DNA of 64,000 bases, taken from sequence record NC_061440.1; one strand, given 5' to 3'. The notes under the pieces were generated by a model. It searched no databases, was not told where the DNA came from, and saw only the letters and a program-made list of their open reading frames with translations. The position numbers were made by a program, and so were the translations under genes. Positions 17,518 to 26,555 of this stretch are shown one piece after another (position 1 is the first letter of the stretch; the number at the start of each line of letters is the position of its first letter).

Positions 17518-17946
17518 ATGCGCACTCAAATCTATACGGCTGATATCGTCAATCTGGAAACAGTGGTCGTTGACGAAGAAGGCCAAGAGACACGCAGTCC
17601 GACAATCGTTCCTAATCTCGAAGGCGAACGTGATCTGACTGTTAGCACTCTCGGTACTATCATGGCTACCGTGACCGCTGAACCAAATCCTGACGCTCGC
17701 ATGATCGTTTTGGTGTCTCGCGCCCTGTTCCCTGCTTTCGCAGACCCTGAAGGTGACCTGTTCGATATCTTCGATCCAATCGAACGCGTTGCTGATGTTG
17801 TTGCTGGAAACGTTGGCAGCATTCTCGGTATGCAGGTAGTAATCAACGATAAGTCCGACGACAACGTTCTGGCTATCGCTGATGTTCTCGATAACGAAGC
17901 TGGCGTTACTATTCGCACCTTCGGCGCTGCGCTCGTTCGCGCGTAA
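17518..17946 (+). CDS. hypothetical acidic protein (142 aa)
   Basis: GGAG RBS. Confidence 0.75.
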   Translation: MRTQIYTADIVNLETVVVDEEGQETRSPTIVPNLEGERDLTVSTLGTIMATVTAEPNPDARMIVLVSRALFPAFADPEGDLFDIFDPIERVADVVAGNVGSILGMQVVINDKSDDNVLAIADVLDNEAGVTIRTFGAALVRA

Positions 17947-17952
17947 GTAAAC

Positions 17953-17980
17953 TTGTGCGGGAAAGCATTATCCCGCACAA
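17953..17980. terminator. 10-bp inverted repeat
   Basis: TTGTGCGGGA-N8-TCCCGCACAA after the stop codon. Confidence 0.6.
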
Positions 17981-17987
17981 TCCCTCT

Positions 17988-18040
17988 CTCGATAGGCAAT
18001 ACGCCACGAGAAAACAAATCACTCGATAGGCAATACGCCA
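17988..18040 (+). repeat. 19-bp direct repeat
   Basis: CTCGATAGGCAATACGCCA at 17988-18006 and 18022-18040. Confidence 0.9.
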
Positions 18041-18050
18041 GGAGTAATGT

Positions 18051-18752
18051 ATGAAAAAGATTCAACACGTAACACTTCCGACCGATGCACTCAACGGACT
18101 CATTCACGGTTATTACCACCACAGCAAAACCACTGATGAATTTTGCAGATCGTTGATCTATATTGACGTGACCGCCCGCAGCGCCTCAGATGCGCTGTAT
18201 GCTATATTGAAACGTGAGCCGACAAAAGGCATTGTCCCTATGGGATATGATTGCTTACGAGAAGCACGTGGGCACACTGCTCCAGCACAACTCGCAATCG
18301 TATTGTCCAGCAACCTGTTGCATATAGATAATACGAAGATGGCCAGAGGCGTACAGGCCATCTTTAATGCTCTGGCCATAACCACGCACACAAACGATAC
18401 TCAAATAACTGTGTACGGCGAGCCTGGAGTAAGTAAGATTCTCAACATAATGCGCGACATTCAATATAAAGAATATATTAACGCGCCTGAATCCGACATT
18501 GTGCTTGGCGACTTTAACCTTGAGTCGAACATGACTATAGACCATTTCGTTCACATGGCTATCGATCCTAAGTTCGAAGAAGCTATTCGCAATTCTCCTG
18601 CCACAGAATTTAAACTGGGCAGCAGTTTCATGTTCATGCACCCAGATGAATTGGCTAAGGTTGTACGCATGGTCCGCCGTTGCAGTAAAATCTGCATCAT
18701 GCACCCTGACATTCATCGCTATTACTTTGAGAACGTAATCTGTAAATACTAA
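18051..18752 (+). CDS. hypothetical protein, paralog of 19902..20669
   Basis: Shared MK..QH..+P start and F.H.D.L..V...I.H.D..R..FE end. Confidence 0.75.
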   Translation: MKKIQHVTLPTDALNGLIHGYYHHSKTTDEFCRSLIYIDVTARSASDALYAILKREPTKGIVPMGYDCLREARGHTAPAQLAIVLSSNLLHIDNTKMARGVQAIFNALAITTHTNDTQITVYGEPGVSKILNIMRDIQYKEYINAPESDIVLGDFNLESNMTIDHFVHMAIDPKFEEAIRNSPATEFKLGSSFMFMHPDELAKVVRMVRRCSKICIMHPDIHRYYFENVICKY

Positions 18753-18800
18753 TCACCAAACCGAACACATTGCTGTGTGTAGTCTAGCCCGACTTGGGCA

Positions 18801-18831
18801 GGGGAGAGCCGGATGGCCTCCCCATTTTTTT
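18801..18831 (+). terminator. intrinsic terminator
   Basis: GGGGAGAGCC...GGCCTCCCC then T-run. Confidence 0.6.
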
Positions 18832-18854
18832 ATCTACACGCTGCGGAGAACAGT

Positions 18855-19856
18855 ATGTCTAAAACGAAGTCAACGCCACAGACCTTTCTCGATCTATTCC
18901 TAAAAGACGTTAAGCTCTTTCTGCCTAGATTCGACAAAGGGCTGGACGCGTACTTATTAAAGTGCAAAGGCAAGCCGGGTCCTTATGGTGTATCGCTTCA
19001 TCAATACATGAAGTGGCTAAATCCTGTAGCGCGACTTCCTGCCAACGCAAGCGAAGTGTCTATCATCACATCAGGCTACCTGCATTACTTTTGGCAGCTC
19101 GCTAAACCTAACTTTGTGTTGGAGCCTGTGCTTGTCAATCACTTGGTTGAGTCTGTGTTGCCAGACGAACTCCCGGCTGAGATTCTTCAACGTCTGCCTT
19201 ACTGGAGTCAGTGGATTACGTTGCCTCTACATCTGATAAGCAAAGACAATATTCTGGATCTGGACTTCGATGGTGCTTTCGTTGGGTATACATCAATCGA
19301 CAACAGACCTGCGCTTGTCCTTGCTGCGCCGTTTGTCTCCAACAATCAAAGCATTCGTTCGAACGACTTCACGCCGTTCGTTACATCTCATGTGTTTCTG
19401 GATGCTCCTGTACGTCCAGAGTTTTTGGTGAGGAACAGTCACATCCTTAACGTTGCCTCTGACGCAATGAGCAAAGAAGCCTACGCAACACTGATAATCA
19501 ACATTCACCACTTCTTGGTGAAAGTGATCAACTGTGTCATGTATATCTGCTCTCAACAGGAAGCATTGTATCAGGAAGGTCATTCTCAACCTAAGCCTCA
19601 GCGTTTAGGTAAGAGCTATCGCATCACGCCACCGAAAGATGATCGCATGATCACGGTAGGCGCCGAGATGACCAGGATTCTCAAAGACTTCGAAGCAGAA
19701 GTCGAAGCGTGTACTCGCGCTTTCAATGGGCGTAAGCCGCATATACGAAAAGCGCACTACCACCACTTCTGGACAGGACCGAAAGTAGGAGTTCGTAGCC
19801 TTGTCTGCAAGTGGTTGCCACCAAGTATTGTTCGCGGCACTATCGTAGAGCAATAA
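18855..19856 (+). CDS. AcrVA2/FinQ-family-like protein
   Basis: W..x..LPDELP..I...LPYW and C-terminal KPHIRKAHYHHFWTG...KWLPPSIV, similar to AcrVA2 (KRPHIRRGHWHGYW...RWQPAVFV) as recalled. Confidence 0.65.
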   Translation: MSKTKSTPQTFLDLFLKDVKLFLPRFDKGLDAYLLKCKGKPGPYGVSLHQYMKWLNPVARLPANASEVSIITSGYLHYFWQLAKPNFVLEPVLVNHLVESVLPDELPAEILQRLPYWSQWITLPLHLISKDNILDLDFDGAFVGYTSIDNRPALVLAAPFVSNNQSIRSNDFTPFVTSHVFLDAPVRPEFLVRNSHILNVASDAMSKEAYATLIINIHHFLVKVINCVMYICSQQEALYQEGHSQPKPQRLGKSYRITPPKDDRMITVGAEMTRILKDFEAEVEACTRAFNGRKPHIRKAHYHHFWTGPKVGVRSLVCKWLPPSIVRGTIVEQ

Positions 19857-19901
19857 CTTTTATCTCAACTCCACGTATGGGCGTTATGCCCGGAGACTAT
19901 T

Positions 19902-20669
19902 ATGAAATCTCGTGTACAACATGCGTATATTCCTGATATGGAATCGTTTGACCCTTACGTCCGTTCTCTGTGCCATATGGCGCGAGCACTGGACACATCG
20001 AATGCTAACTACGGTAAACTGAAACGTGTCGTGATAATCGGCACTTCGAAGCGCGTGGTCGAAGCCTACGTTAAGCAGTTACTCAACACAAACAACCTGC
20101 CGCACACTCTCATTTGCTTTGGCGTAGACGAACCGCCTATCAGTCACCGCGATTATACCTACGCTGGCGCCCACGTTGTGCTGATGCACGACCTGACCTA
20201 CGTTGATAGCGGTACGATGGGCAAAGTCGCCACGCGTGTGATTGAAATCATCGACAGCCTCAAACAGAAGCCTGGCGAAACAGAACTTAAAAATTCCGAG
20301 CTGTCTATGGTGTATTCGAATCCTCTGCTGTGGCGATCCATTATCGACTACGGTGCTTCCGTTTCTCTGCGCATGAATGGCAGCAACATTGAATACCGTA
20401 GCGGTCTGGTGTCGTCTATTGGCTTCGATGCGTTGCTGCGTTGTGAAAGCAATGCAGACTACCATGAACTTCGCGCTGATACGATTACGATCGGTCTGGA
20501 GTTCTTCTGCGTACACACGGACTACCTGCTGTCAAAAGTACACAACCTGCTGTGGTCACTTGCATGTGATGATTGCAAGTTCAAAAAGACGCACCGTATT
20601 ATCTTCCATGAAGACTTCCGACGCTTATTCTTCGAAGAATATCTCTTGAGGGACTTCCAGGGCTTTTAA
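19902..20669 (+). CDS. hypothetical protein, paralog of 18051..18752
   Basis: Shared N- and C-terminal motifs and a shared leader hairpin. Confidence 0.75.
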   Translation: MKSRVQHAYIPDMESFDPYVRSLCHMARALDTSNANYGKLKRVVIIGTSKRVVEAYVKQLLNTNNLPHTLICFGVDEPPISHRDYTYAGAHVVLMHDLTYVDSGTMGKVATRVIEIIDSLKQKPGETELKNSELSMVYSNPLLWRSIIDYGASVSLRMNGSNIEYRSGLVSSIGFDALLRCESNADYHELRADTITIGLEFFCVHTDYLLSKVHNLLWSLACDDCKFKKTHRIIFHEDFRRLFFEEYLLRDFQGF

Positions 20670-20742
20670 GATTATTCTTAGCCTGCTCTCTAATTTCAAT
20701 ATGTTGGCAAGTAGTGCTGACATATCGTTATTGGAGAATAAC

Positions 20743-21003
20743 ATGTGCGAACGTAGCCATTTGCGGTTGAAGTACCTCGCACGGTCATCTGGCTGGTGCA
20801 ATAATAAAGTAAACGCTTGTAGTGAGCGGAAGGCGAAGAATGTACAATGCGAAGAATTTTTGGCAGCGACCAAAGATTGCCGCAGCGAACAGAAGTCGTC
20901 CAGTGTTGTTTCATTCTTCAAAGGTCATGAGCTGGTTGGTCAGGCTATATGGCATGAGATAGAGGGAGACAGCACACTTCAATTCCGGTTGCTACTTGCT
21001 TAA
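20743..21003 (+). CDS. possible small protein (86 aa)
   Basis: GGAG RBS before ATG 20743 and followed by a terminator; composition atypical. Confidence 0.35.
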   Translation: MCERSHLRLKYLARSSGWCNNKVNACSERKAKNVQCEEFLAATKDCRSEQKSSSVVSFFKGHELVGQAIWHEIEGDSTLQFRLLLA

Positions 21004-21009
21004 CGACAG

Positions 21010-21050
21010 AGGGCCTTTCAGAGTAATATCTGGTGGGCCCTTTCTTCTTT
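21010..21050 (+). terminator. intrinsic terminator
   Basis: AGGGCC...GGGCCC then TTTCTTCTTT. Confidence 0.6.
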
Positions 21051-21102
21051 CTATGCTAATTTTGCCTGTCACTAACACACCAACCGACTTCGGGGTATCA
21101 CT

Positions 21103-22791
21103 ATGTCTTTGATTAAGATCGAAGGCGTCCAATCACTGTCTGCGCCTACCAAAGCCCAGAAAGACGCCGCTGTTTATATGTTTGGTCCTAAGGGCCATTC
21201 AATCGTCGCCGTACTCGACAAGTTCAGTCGTGTAAAAGAACTGCGCACTGCCCACATTGACGGTCTGCTCAAGCTGATGAAAGAAGGTGAAGATGACGAG
21301 ATCGTCAAGTTCACTGCATCGGCTGCTGGTAAGAAATCTCTGACTGCGGCCAAGCAGTTCGCTACAGCCAAAACTCTGGCCATGTCCATCAAAGCGCTGA
21401 AACTGATTCGCGTTCCGATGAAGTGGATCGCTGGTCACTCTGATGCGGCAGCAGCCCGTATCACCGAGACGAAAGAAATTCGCGCCCGTAAGACTGCCGG
21501 CAACAAGCCAGAGAAGCCAATCAAACTCGATAATCCTCATGCGCCAGAAGCGACAACGGCCGAACAGACCAAACAGAACTCTGCCTTGAGCAAAATCTAC
21601 AAGCTGCCTAAAAACGGCAATGGTTATGACAATAAACTGTCTCCGCAGTGGAACGCCCTGATTAAAACAATCAACACTACCTTCAAAGGGATGTTCGCTG
21701 CCAAGTGGATCAAAGCCGAAGGTGCTATTCGCATCACGCCTAAAGGTCCTGGGTATCGCTCAATCCCTGAAGCCTTCTTGGGTGCTATCCCTGAAGACAA
21801 TAGCTGGCAGATGTATACCGTGTCACCGCGCGGGCAGGTTGAAGGCTACGCTATCGGCAATCAACTGACTATGGCTTCTGTTGCTATATTCATGCGTGAC
21901 TTCATGGCTACCAAGAAGACTCCTGATGTTGCAGCCATCAATAAGATGGTTGCTGGCGCTACTGCGTTCAACACAGAAGTCCTGCACACCGAAGAGAACA
22001 GTCCAGAACTGAAAGAACTGGGTGATGCTCAACGCAAGCTGGACGCAGAAGGTGTAGCAAAAGGCGCCATCAACTCTGTTACCAAGATCACTTCGGCTAA
22101 CGTGTCTAAGATTACACGTGGAGCGCAGATTAAGATCGAAGAACAGTTGAACAACAAGCTGGGGAATGTTCTGTATAACGCGAACTTCCGTGAGAAAGGC
22201 ACCTACTCAGCGCTCGATGGTTACCTGTTTGAAATGACTCAGGCGACTAAGCATAGCGGTTCGGGCAACAAGTACGCAGCGTTCGCACTGATTCCTCCTC
22301 AGAAAGGTACTCAACTTGCAGGTCAGACTTGGCGTGTAGCGGCATTTAACATGGGCCGCCAGACTGCCACTGACCTGATTGATATCGGTGCTAAGTTCTC
22401 TCTGGCGAAAGTGAAGTCTGCTATCAAACAGATTGACGGCGTTTCTTCTACAAAGTACACACCGTCAGGTAAGTCGCCTGACTCTTTGGTGGATGAAATC
22501 GCAGAAACCCCTGCTCGTAAAATCGCAGCAATGCCTTTACAGGGACGCGAAGAATACTTCAACGCCCTGAACGCTGTCATTCAGCGTAACATGCCTCACG
22601 CAAACGTGATTGTGTCTTCTGATGGCTTGACGATAACAAAAGGCAGTAAGATGCACACCGTGAGTCTGACTGATAAAGGCTGGTTCATTAAGACTGGCGC
22701 CACAGGCAAACCAAAACGTATCGGCGTAACGTTCGATATTGTTGACCTTCTGGGCATGATCGACAAGAGCATTCTCAAACCTAAAGCGTAA
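21103..22791 (+). CDS. hypothetical Lys/Ala-rich basic protein (562 aa)
   Basis: Long ORF with the same codon style as the core genes; no recognised motif. Confidence 0.8.
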   Translation: MSLIKIEGVQSLSAPTKAQKDAAVYMFGPKGHSIVAVLDKFSRVKELRTAHIDGLLKLMKEGEDDEIVKFTASAAGKKSLTAAKQFATAKTLAMSIKALKLIRVPMKWIAGHSDAAAARITETKEIRARKTAGNKPEKPIKLDNPHAPEATTAEQTKQNSALSKIYKLPKNGNGYDNKLSPQWNALIKTINTTFKGMFAAKWIKAEGAIRITPKGPGYRSIPEAFLGAIPEDNSWQMYTVSPRGQVEGYAIGNQLTMASVAIFMRDFMATKKTPDVAAINKMVAGATAFNTEVLHTEENSPELKELGDAQRKLDAEGVAKGAINSVTKITSANVSKITRGAQIKIEEQLNNKLGNVLYNANFREKGTYSALDGYLFEMTQATKHSGSGNKYAAFALIPPQKGTQLAGQTWRVAAFNMGRQTATDLIDIGAKFSLAKVKSAIKQIDGVSSTKYTPSGKSPDSLVDEIAETPARKIAAMPLQGREEYFNALNAVIQRNMPHANVIVSSDGLTITKGSKMHTVSLTDKGWFIKTGATGKPKRIGVTFDIVDLLGMIDKSILKPKA

Positions 22792-22793
22792 TC

Positions 22794-22822
22794 AAAAGGG
22801 GTGGCTTCGGCTGCCCCTTTTT
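22794..22822 (+). terminator. intrinsic terminator
   Basis: AAAAGGGGTGGC-TTCG-GCTGCCCCTTTTT. Confidence 0.85.
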
Positions 22823-22850
22823 GCGTCTATATGCACCGCAAAGCTGTCTA

Positions 22851-22908
22851 ACTCTGCATATAATAGGATGAAATCGCCGTATACGCGCCCGTACGCCCGT
22901 GATACAAT
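22851..22908 (+). promoter_or_regulatory. conserved phage promoter, copy 1
   Basis: TAATAGG-ATGAAAT, 25 nt, TG-A-TACAAT. Confidence 0.75.
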
Positions 22909-22934
22909 ACACGTAGACGCTACATGTCGTAGCG

Positions 22935-22965
22935 CATACAACTACTGCCGAGGGGCACACAATGA
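22935..22965 (+). repeat. 31-bp leader duplicated at 23407..23437
   Basis: CATACAACTACTGCCGAGGGGCACACAATGA identical in both places. Confidence 0.95.
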
Positions 22966-23336
22966 CTGCTATCAAATTTGCTTCTGTTTACGACATTCTT
23001 ACCGAGATGGACGAATGCGCCAGAGATGTTGACTTCACCAAGACTCTTGGCTTCGACCCAATCAAAGTAGAAATTCTGCAATGTGGCTTGCAAGAAGACC
23101 TAGGCGTGTACGCTTGTCTACCGAACGCCACAAACATTCTGATTGCCGATTCTGATGACCTGTTCTCTGAGCACCTTAAAGGTGACGGCGAAATCACGGT
23201 CTGCCGCATCTTAACACCGAATGGTGAGATGTTCGATGAACCGGAAGTCGAAGTCAAACAGCTTGGCACGTTCAACGATTTTGATTCTGCGTATGCTGCG
23301 TGGTTAGCGGCGATTAACGAAGAAATCGACAAATAA
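22962..23336 (+). CDS. hypothetical acidic protein (124 aa)
   Basis: First gene after promoter; GAGG-loop RBS. Confidence 0.8.
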   Translation: MTAIKFASVYDILTEMDECARDVDFTKTLGFDPIKVEILQCGLQEDLGVYACLPNATNILIADSDDLFSEHLKGDGEITVCRILTPNGEMFDEPEVEVKQLGTFNDFDSAYAAWLAAINEEIDK

Positions 23337-23381
23337 TAGGTCAAAAGCGCCATAGCGATGTGGCGCTGTTTATCGTACTAT
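23331..23381 (+). promoter_or_regulatory. conserved phage promoter, copy 2
   Basis: AAATAATAGG-TCAAAAG, 25 nt, TC-G-TACTAT. Confidence 0.65.
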
Positions 23382-23433
23382 ATAGTCTCTAGCGCACTAA
23401 CGCGCACATACAACTACTGCCGAGGGGCACACA

Positions 23434-24135
23434 ATGAAAGCAGCAAACTTTGACGTAGCATTCAACGCGAAAGACGAAGCAACCTTAAACGCATACGCAG
23501 CGCAAATCACCGAAGCTCTTAACGCGCTTGGTCGCCACGACCTGAAGATCAATATCATCTTCGGCACTGACCCGTTCGGCGAACGCCCTGATTTTGTGAA
23601 TGACCCGAACGGTTTTCGCGTTACACAGAACGGCGAAGAAATTTTTGATATCTACACGCCGACTGAAAAACAAGTTGAAGGTGATGCGTCAGATGCTTTC
23701 ATCTACGCTTCATGGGCCGACGGCGAAGCGCCGTGGGGTAAAGACGTGTCAGACAATGACATTGCAGAAATCGCCGAACACCTGAACGCTGCAATCCCAC
23801 GCGTCGGCCGTGTGTTCAACGAATCTGATCGTCAGATGCTGCAAAAACTCGCCGACACTTTGAACGCTCGTATGGACCGTACTGATGCGCGAGTGATCGT
23901 AACGAACGGCGCCGAAGACGATCTCATTGTTATGGTTGTTGGCTACGACGAAGAAGAAGATGAAGTCAGTGACGAATACGGCTTCTTCTTGAGCCTGCCG
24001 TACACCGATGAAGACGGCACAGACGAGAAATACAGTCTGCACTACGCAGGCTACCCTGACGTGAACGACCACTCATATAGCTCTGCTGACCTCGACGAGA
24101 TCTCAGAAGAAATCGAAGCGCTCGATCTGCTCTAG
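23434..24135 (+). CDS. hypothetical very acidic protein (233 aa)
   Basis: GAGG-loop RBS; D/E-rich. Confidence 0.8.
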   Translation: MKAANFDVAFNAKDEATLNAYAAQITEALNALGRHDLKINIIFGTDPFGERPDFVNDPNGFRVTQNGEEIFDIYTPTEKQVEGDASDAFIYASWADGEAPWGKDVSDNDIAEIAEHLNAAIPRVGRVFNESDRQMLQKLADTLNARMDRTDARVIVTNGAEDDLIVMVVGYDEEEDEVSDEYGFFLSLPYTDEDGTDEKYSLHYAGYPDVNDHSYSSADLDEISEEIEALDLL

Positions 24136-24197
24136 TCACTAACTAACTGCGGGGTTACGGCCCCGCTTACTTCACAATCTAATTGAGAGAACATACC

Positions 24198-24812
24198 ATG
24201 AACCTTATCAATACTTTCTTCGTCAAACGCTCTTACGCTTCTCTGGCCGCAGGTAACTTTGCAATCGACGCCAAGCACGTACAAGAGCTGGTTGAATGTG
24301 AGTGTGTGATCGTACACGTAGACACAGGCCACCGTAATGCGTTCGCGTTGAAGAACATCTCTATTACGCCTATCGACGAGCACAACGTTCGCATTACGTT
24401 CGACCCGCTGACCGACGCACACGCGATGCCTGTGACTGTCATGCCGAAAGATCTGAAAGGCAGCATTGAAGTATATGGCATGTATGTAGAAGACCTGAAA
24501 GACGTGCCACGTTTCAGCGTGTCGAATGACGCATCAGGCAACAATCCCAATCTGCTGTCGCTTGACCTCGAAAGCCGCCAGCGCTTCGTTCAATACTTCG
24601 GTGGCATGTGTACGTTGACTGACCTGTGCCTGACGCTACATGAGAAAGGCATTCACGTTGTCGATATCCACAACAACGTTAAGCAGCACGATCACGGCGT
24701 TGGCGTTTTCACTCAGCGTTATCGCACCGCATTCGAACTGAACAAAGACAACGGCATTAAGCGCCATAACGACGACTATCCTGTTCTGGCTCGCATGACC
24801 GTTTTAATGTAA
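24198..24812 (+). CDS. hypothetical protein
   Basis: ATG 24198 after GAGAG. Confidence 0.7.
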   Translation: MNLINTFFVKRSYASLAAGNFAIDAKHVQELVECECVIVHVDTGHRNAFALKNISITPIDEHNVRITFDPLTDAHAMPVTVMPKDLKGSIEVYGMYVEDLKDVPRFSVSNDASGNNPNLLSLDLESRQRFVQYFGGMCTLTDLCLTLHEKGIHVVDIHNNVKQHDHGVGVFTQRYRTAFELNKDNGIKRHNDDYPVLARMTVLM

Positions 24813-24860
24813 ACACACCTTGCCTCGCATTGAGCGGGGCTTTTCTATTTGGAGAATGCT

Positions 24861-25121
24861 ATGTACCACTATACGCGTGAAGAACTGGAAGAAATGAACT
24901 GCATCGAACTGGACCAGCTTGCAAACGAGCGCGGTCTGCTGGAAGATAAAGACGATGACGACGATCTGGACAATGACCTGCTCATTGGTATGATTCTTGA
25001 CGACCAGAACGAACAGCAACTGGCAGACGAAGAAGCCGAAGATAAGCAACGTGCCGAAGACGACCGCGATCCACGTATCAATCGCCGTGACGGCCAAGAC
25101 GGTTCAGACGACTATTGCTGA
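24861..25121 (+). CDS. small acidic protein with Rho-N/HeH-like module
   Basis: LEEMNCIELDQLANERGL...DLLIGMIL. Confidence 0.7.
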   Translation: MYHYTREELEEMNCIELDQLANERGLLEDKDDDDDLDNDLLIGMILDDQNEQQLADEEAEDKQRAEDDRDPRINRRDGQDGSDDYC

Positions 25122-25179
25122 TTAAGTAAACCAAGAGGCTGCCAAGCGCTGGTGGCCTCACTCACAAGAAGGAGCAATA

Positions 25180-25527
25180 ATGAAGCGCAAAGTAATATTG
25201 ATAGACACGGCAGAGTTTCACAACCAACCCATCTCGTTCCCATCGATCATTGATTTTGAAGGCATAGACACGGTGGTGTTTGTTGTGAAGTCAAATGGTG
25301 AGCACGGAGGCATTGATTATCTCGGTGCGTATTGTGCAACACAAATGACAGTTGGCTATACGAAAGTGCCTATGGCGCAGACGTTGAACATCGACGAATA
25401 TGGCGTTGTGCCTCTCGAAGATGATATGAAGGCCAAGCTACTTCACACCAACCATTACGTTGACGAAGTGCCTGAGCAACATCAAAGCATCTACAGCACG
25501 AAGACTGAAATCCTCTTCGCTGAGTAA
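25180..25527 (+). CDS. hypothetical protein (115 aa)
   Basis: AAGGAG RBS. Confidence 0.75.
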   Translation: MKRKVILIDTAEFHNQPISFPSIIDFEGIDTVVFVVKSNGEHGGIDYLGAYCATQMTVGYTKVPMAQTLNIDEYGVVPLEDDMKAKLLHTNHYVDEVPEQHQSIYSTKTEILFAE

Positions 25528-25531
25528 CCGC

Positions 25532-25560
25532 AAGGGCTGCCATTATTGGTGGCCCTTTTT
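25532..25560 (+). terminator. intrinsic terminator
   Basis: AAGGGCTGCCA-TTAT-TGGTGGCCCTTTTT. Confidence 0.8.
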
Positions 25561-25565
25561 CATTT

Positions 25566-25574
25566 CTGTAAATA
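25566..25574 (+). promoter_or_regulatory. CTGTAAATA candidate promoter
   Basis: Immediately after a terminator, 39 nt before ATG 25605. Confidence 0.55.
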
Positions 25575-25604
25575 CCTCGTACATTCACTGATGCGAGAAA
25601 CACA

Positions 25605-25976
25605 ATGCGCCGCTTTCTGACAGTCTTCAATGTCACTCAACAGGAGTTTGACGAATTACGCTTTTACCGCCACAAGCTCAACATCGTAACTACCTTACGC
25701 CGCACACACGGCATACTGCTGGTGGTACGTGAGACAGGCCGAGTGTTCAATGTCTCAACTGCCTTGTATCAACAAGCCGAAGAATACGACTTGCGCCGCG
25801 TAGACTTCACTGGTCCTGTCGAAGTGACCAAAGAGTTAGGCGAACGCTTCTCTGAACTCAAGCAGGCAATCGCAAACAACCTGCAGGATAAAAGCATCAA
25901 CTACTTTGGCCGCACTCTCTCGCTTGACGAAACGCAAGAGCGTTTGTACGCCACTAAACTGGAGATACTCGTATGA
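25605..25976 (+). CDS. hypothetical protein (123 aa)
   Basis: ORF after the candidate promoter. Confidence 0.7.
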   Translation: MRRFLTVFNVTQQEFDELRFYRHKLNIVTTLRRTHGILLVVRETGRVFNVSTALYQQAEEYDLRRVDFTGPVEVTKELGERFSELKQAIANNLQDKSINYFGRTLSLDETQERLYATKLEILV

Positions 25977-26215
25977 CAACAATCGGTGCCTCTCTAGGTG
26001 CTCGCTTCGCTGCCACATCTTCGGAGCGTTGTTCTTCCCGCAAGAAAGCCAAGCCTCGTAACAAGACGCTGACGGCCGCAACAACTGCCGACATCCATAA
26101 CGCAGTCGAACGCCTGGCAATCAAGTTGAACACGACACGCTCGAACGTAATCGAGATCGCACTCAAAGAACTGTGCGCGAAACACGGCATAGCGATAGGC
26201 GATACTGATGAGTAA
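25973..26215 (+). CDS. ribbon-helix-helix (CopG/Arc-like) DNA-binding protein
   Basis: KTLTAATTADIHNAVERLAIKLNTTRSNVIEIALKE fits the beta-alpha-alpha RHH pattern. Confidence 0.7.
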   Translation: MTTIGASLGARFAATSSERCSSRKKAKPRNKTLTAATTADIHNAVERLAIKLNTTRSNVIEIALKELCAKHGIAIGDTDE

Positions 26216-26555
26216 CTTTATCTACTGTAGGCTATATGGAGTTCAGCATCGCCTGAACGTAGAAGGCATCGACTTCTCACAACAGACCGTATCGTATATG
26301 GTATCTGCCTCTGATGTGCTGCGCATGATGCCACGCATTCAGGTAGGTGCGGCCTATGACACGTACACGCCATACAATGTGCTCAAGGCAGGACGCGCTG
26401 ACTTCAAGATCAAAAAGATTGAGAAGATAAGCGCTGACGAGTGGCGCTATTCGTTTGTTGATTATGCTGATACGCCGTTCAACACAATTCTTAAACGGAG
26501 GTCGTATGTCGATAGGACTGGTGAAAGTCGTCGGCTTAAAAGACAAAGCGCCTAA
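26208..26555 (+). CDS. hypothetical protein (115 aa)
   Basis: Coupled ORF. Confidence 0.65.
   Translation: MSNFIYCRLYGVQHRLNVEGIDFSQQTVSYMVSASDVLRMMPRIQVGAAYDTYTPYNVLKAGRADFKIKKIEKISADEWRYSFVDYADTPFNTILKRRSYVDRTGESRRLKRQSA

Noticed and set aside
20625-20921. Minus-strand 98-aa ORF
   Set aside because: Overlaps the end of 19902..20669, has no clear RBS and runs against the local strand bias; it cannot be fully excluded because the competing + ORF is also weak
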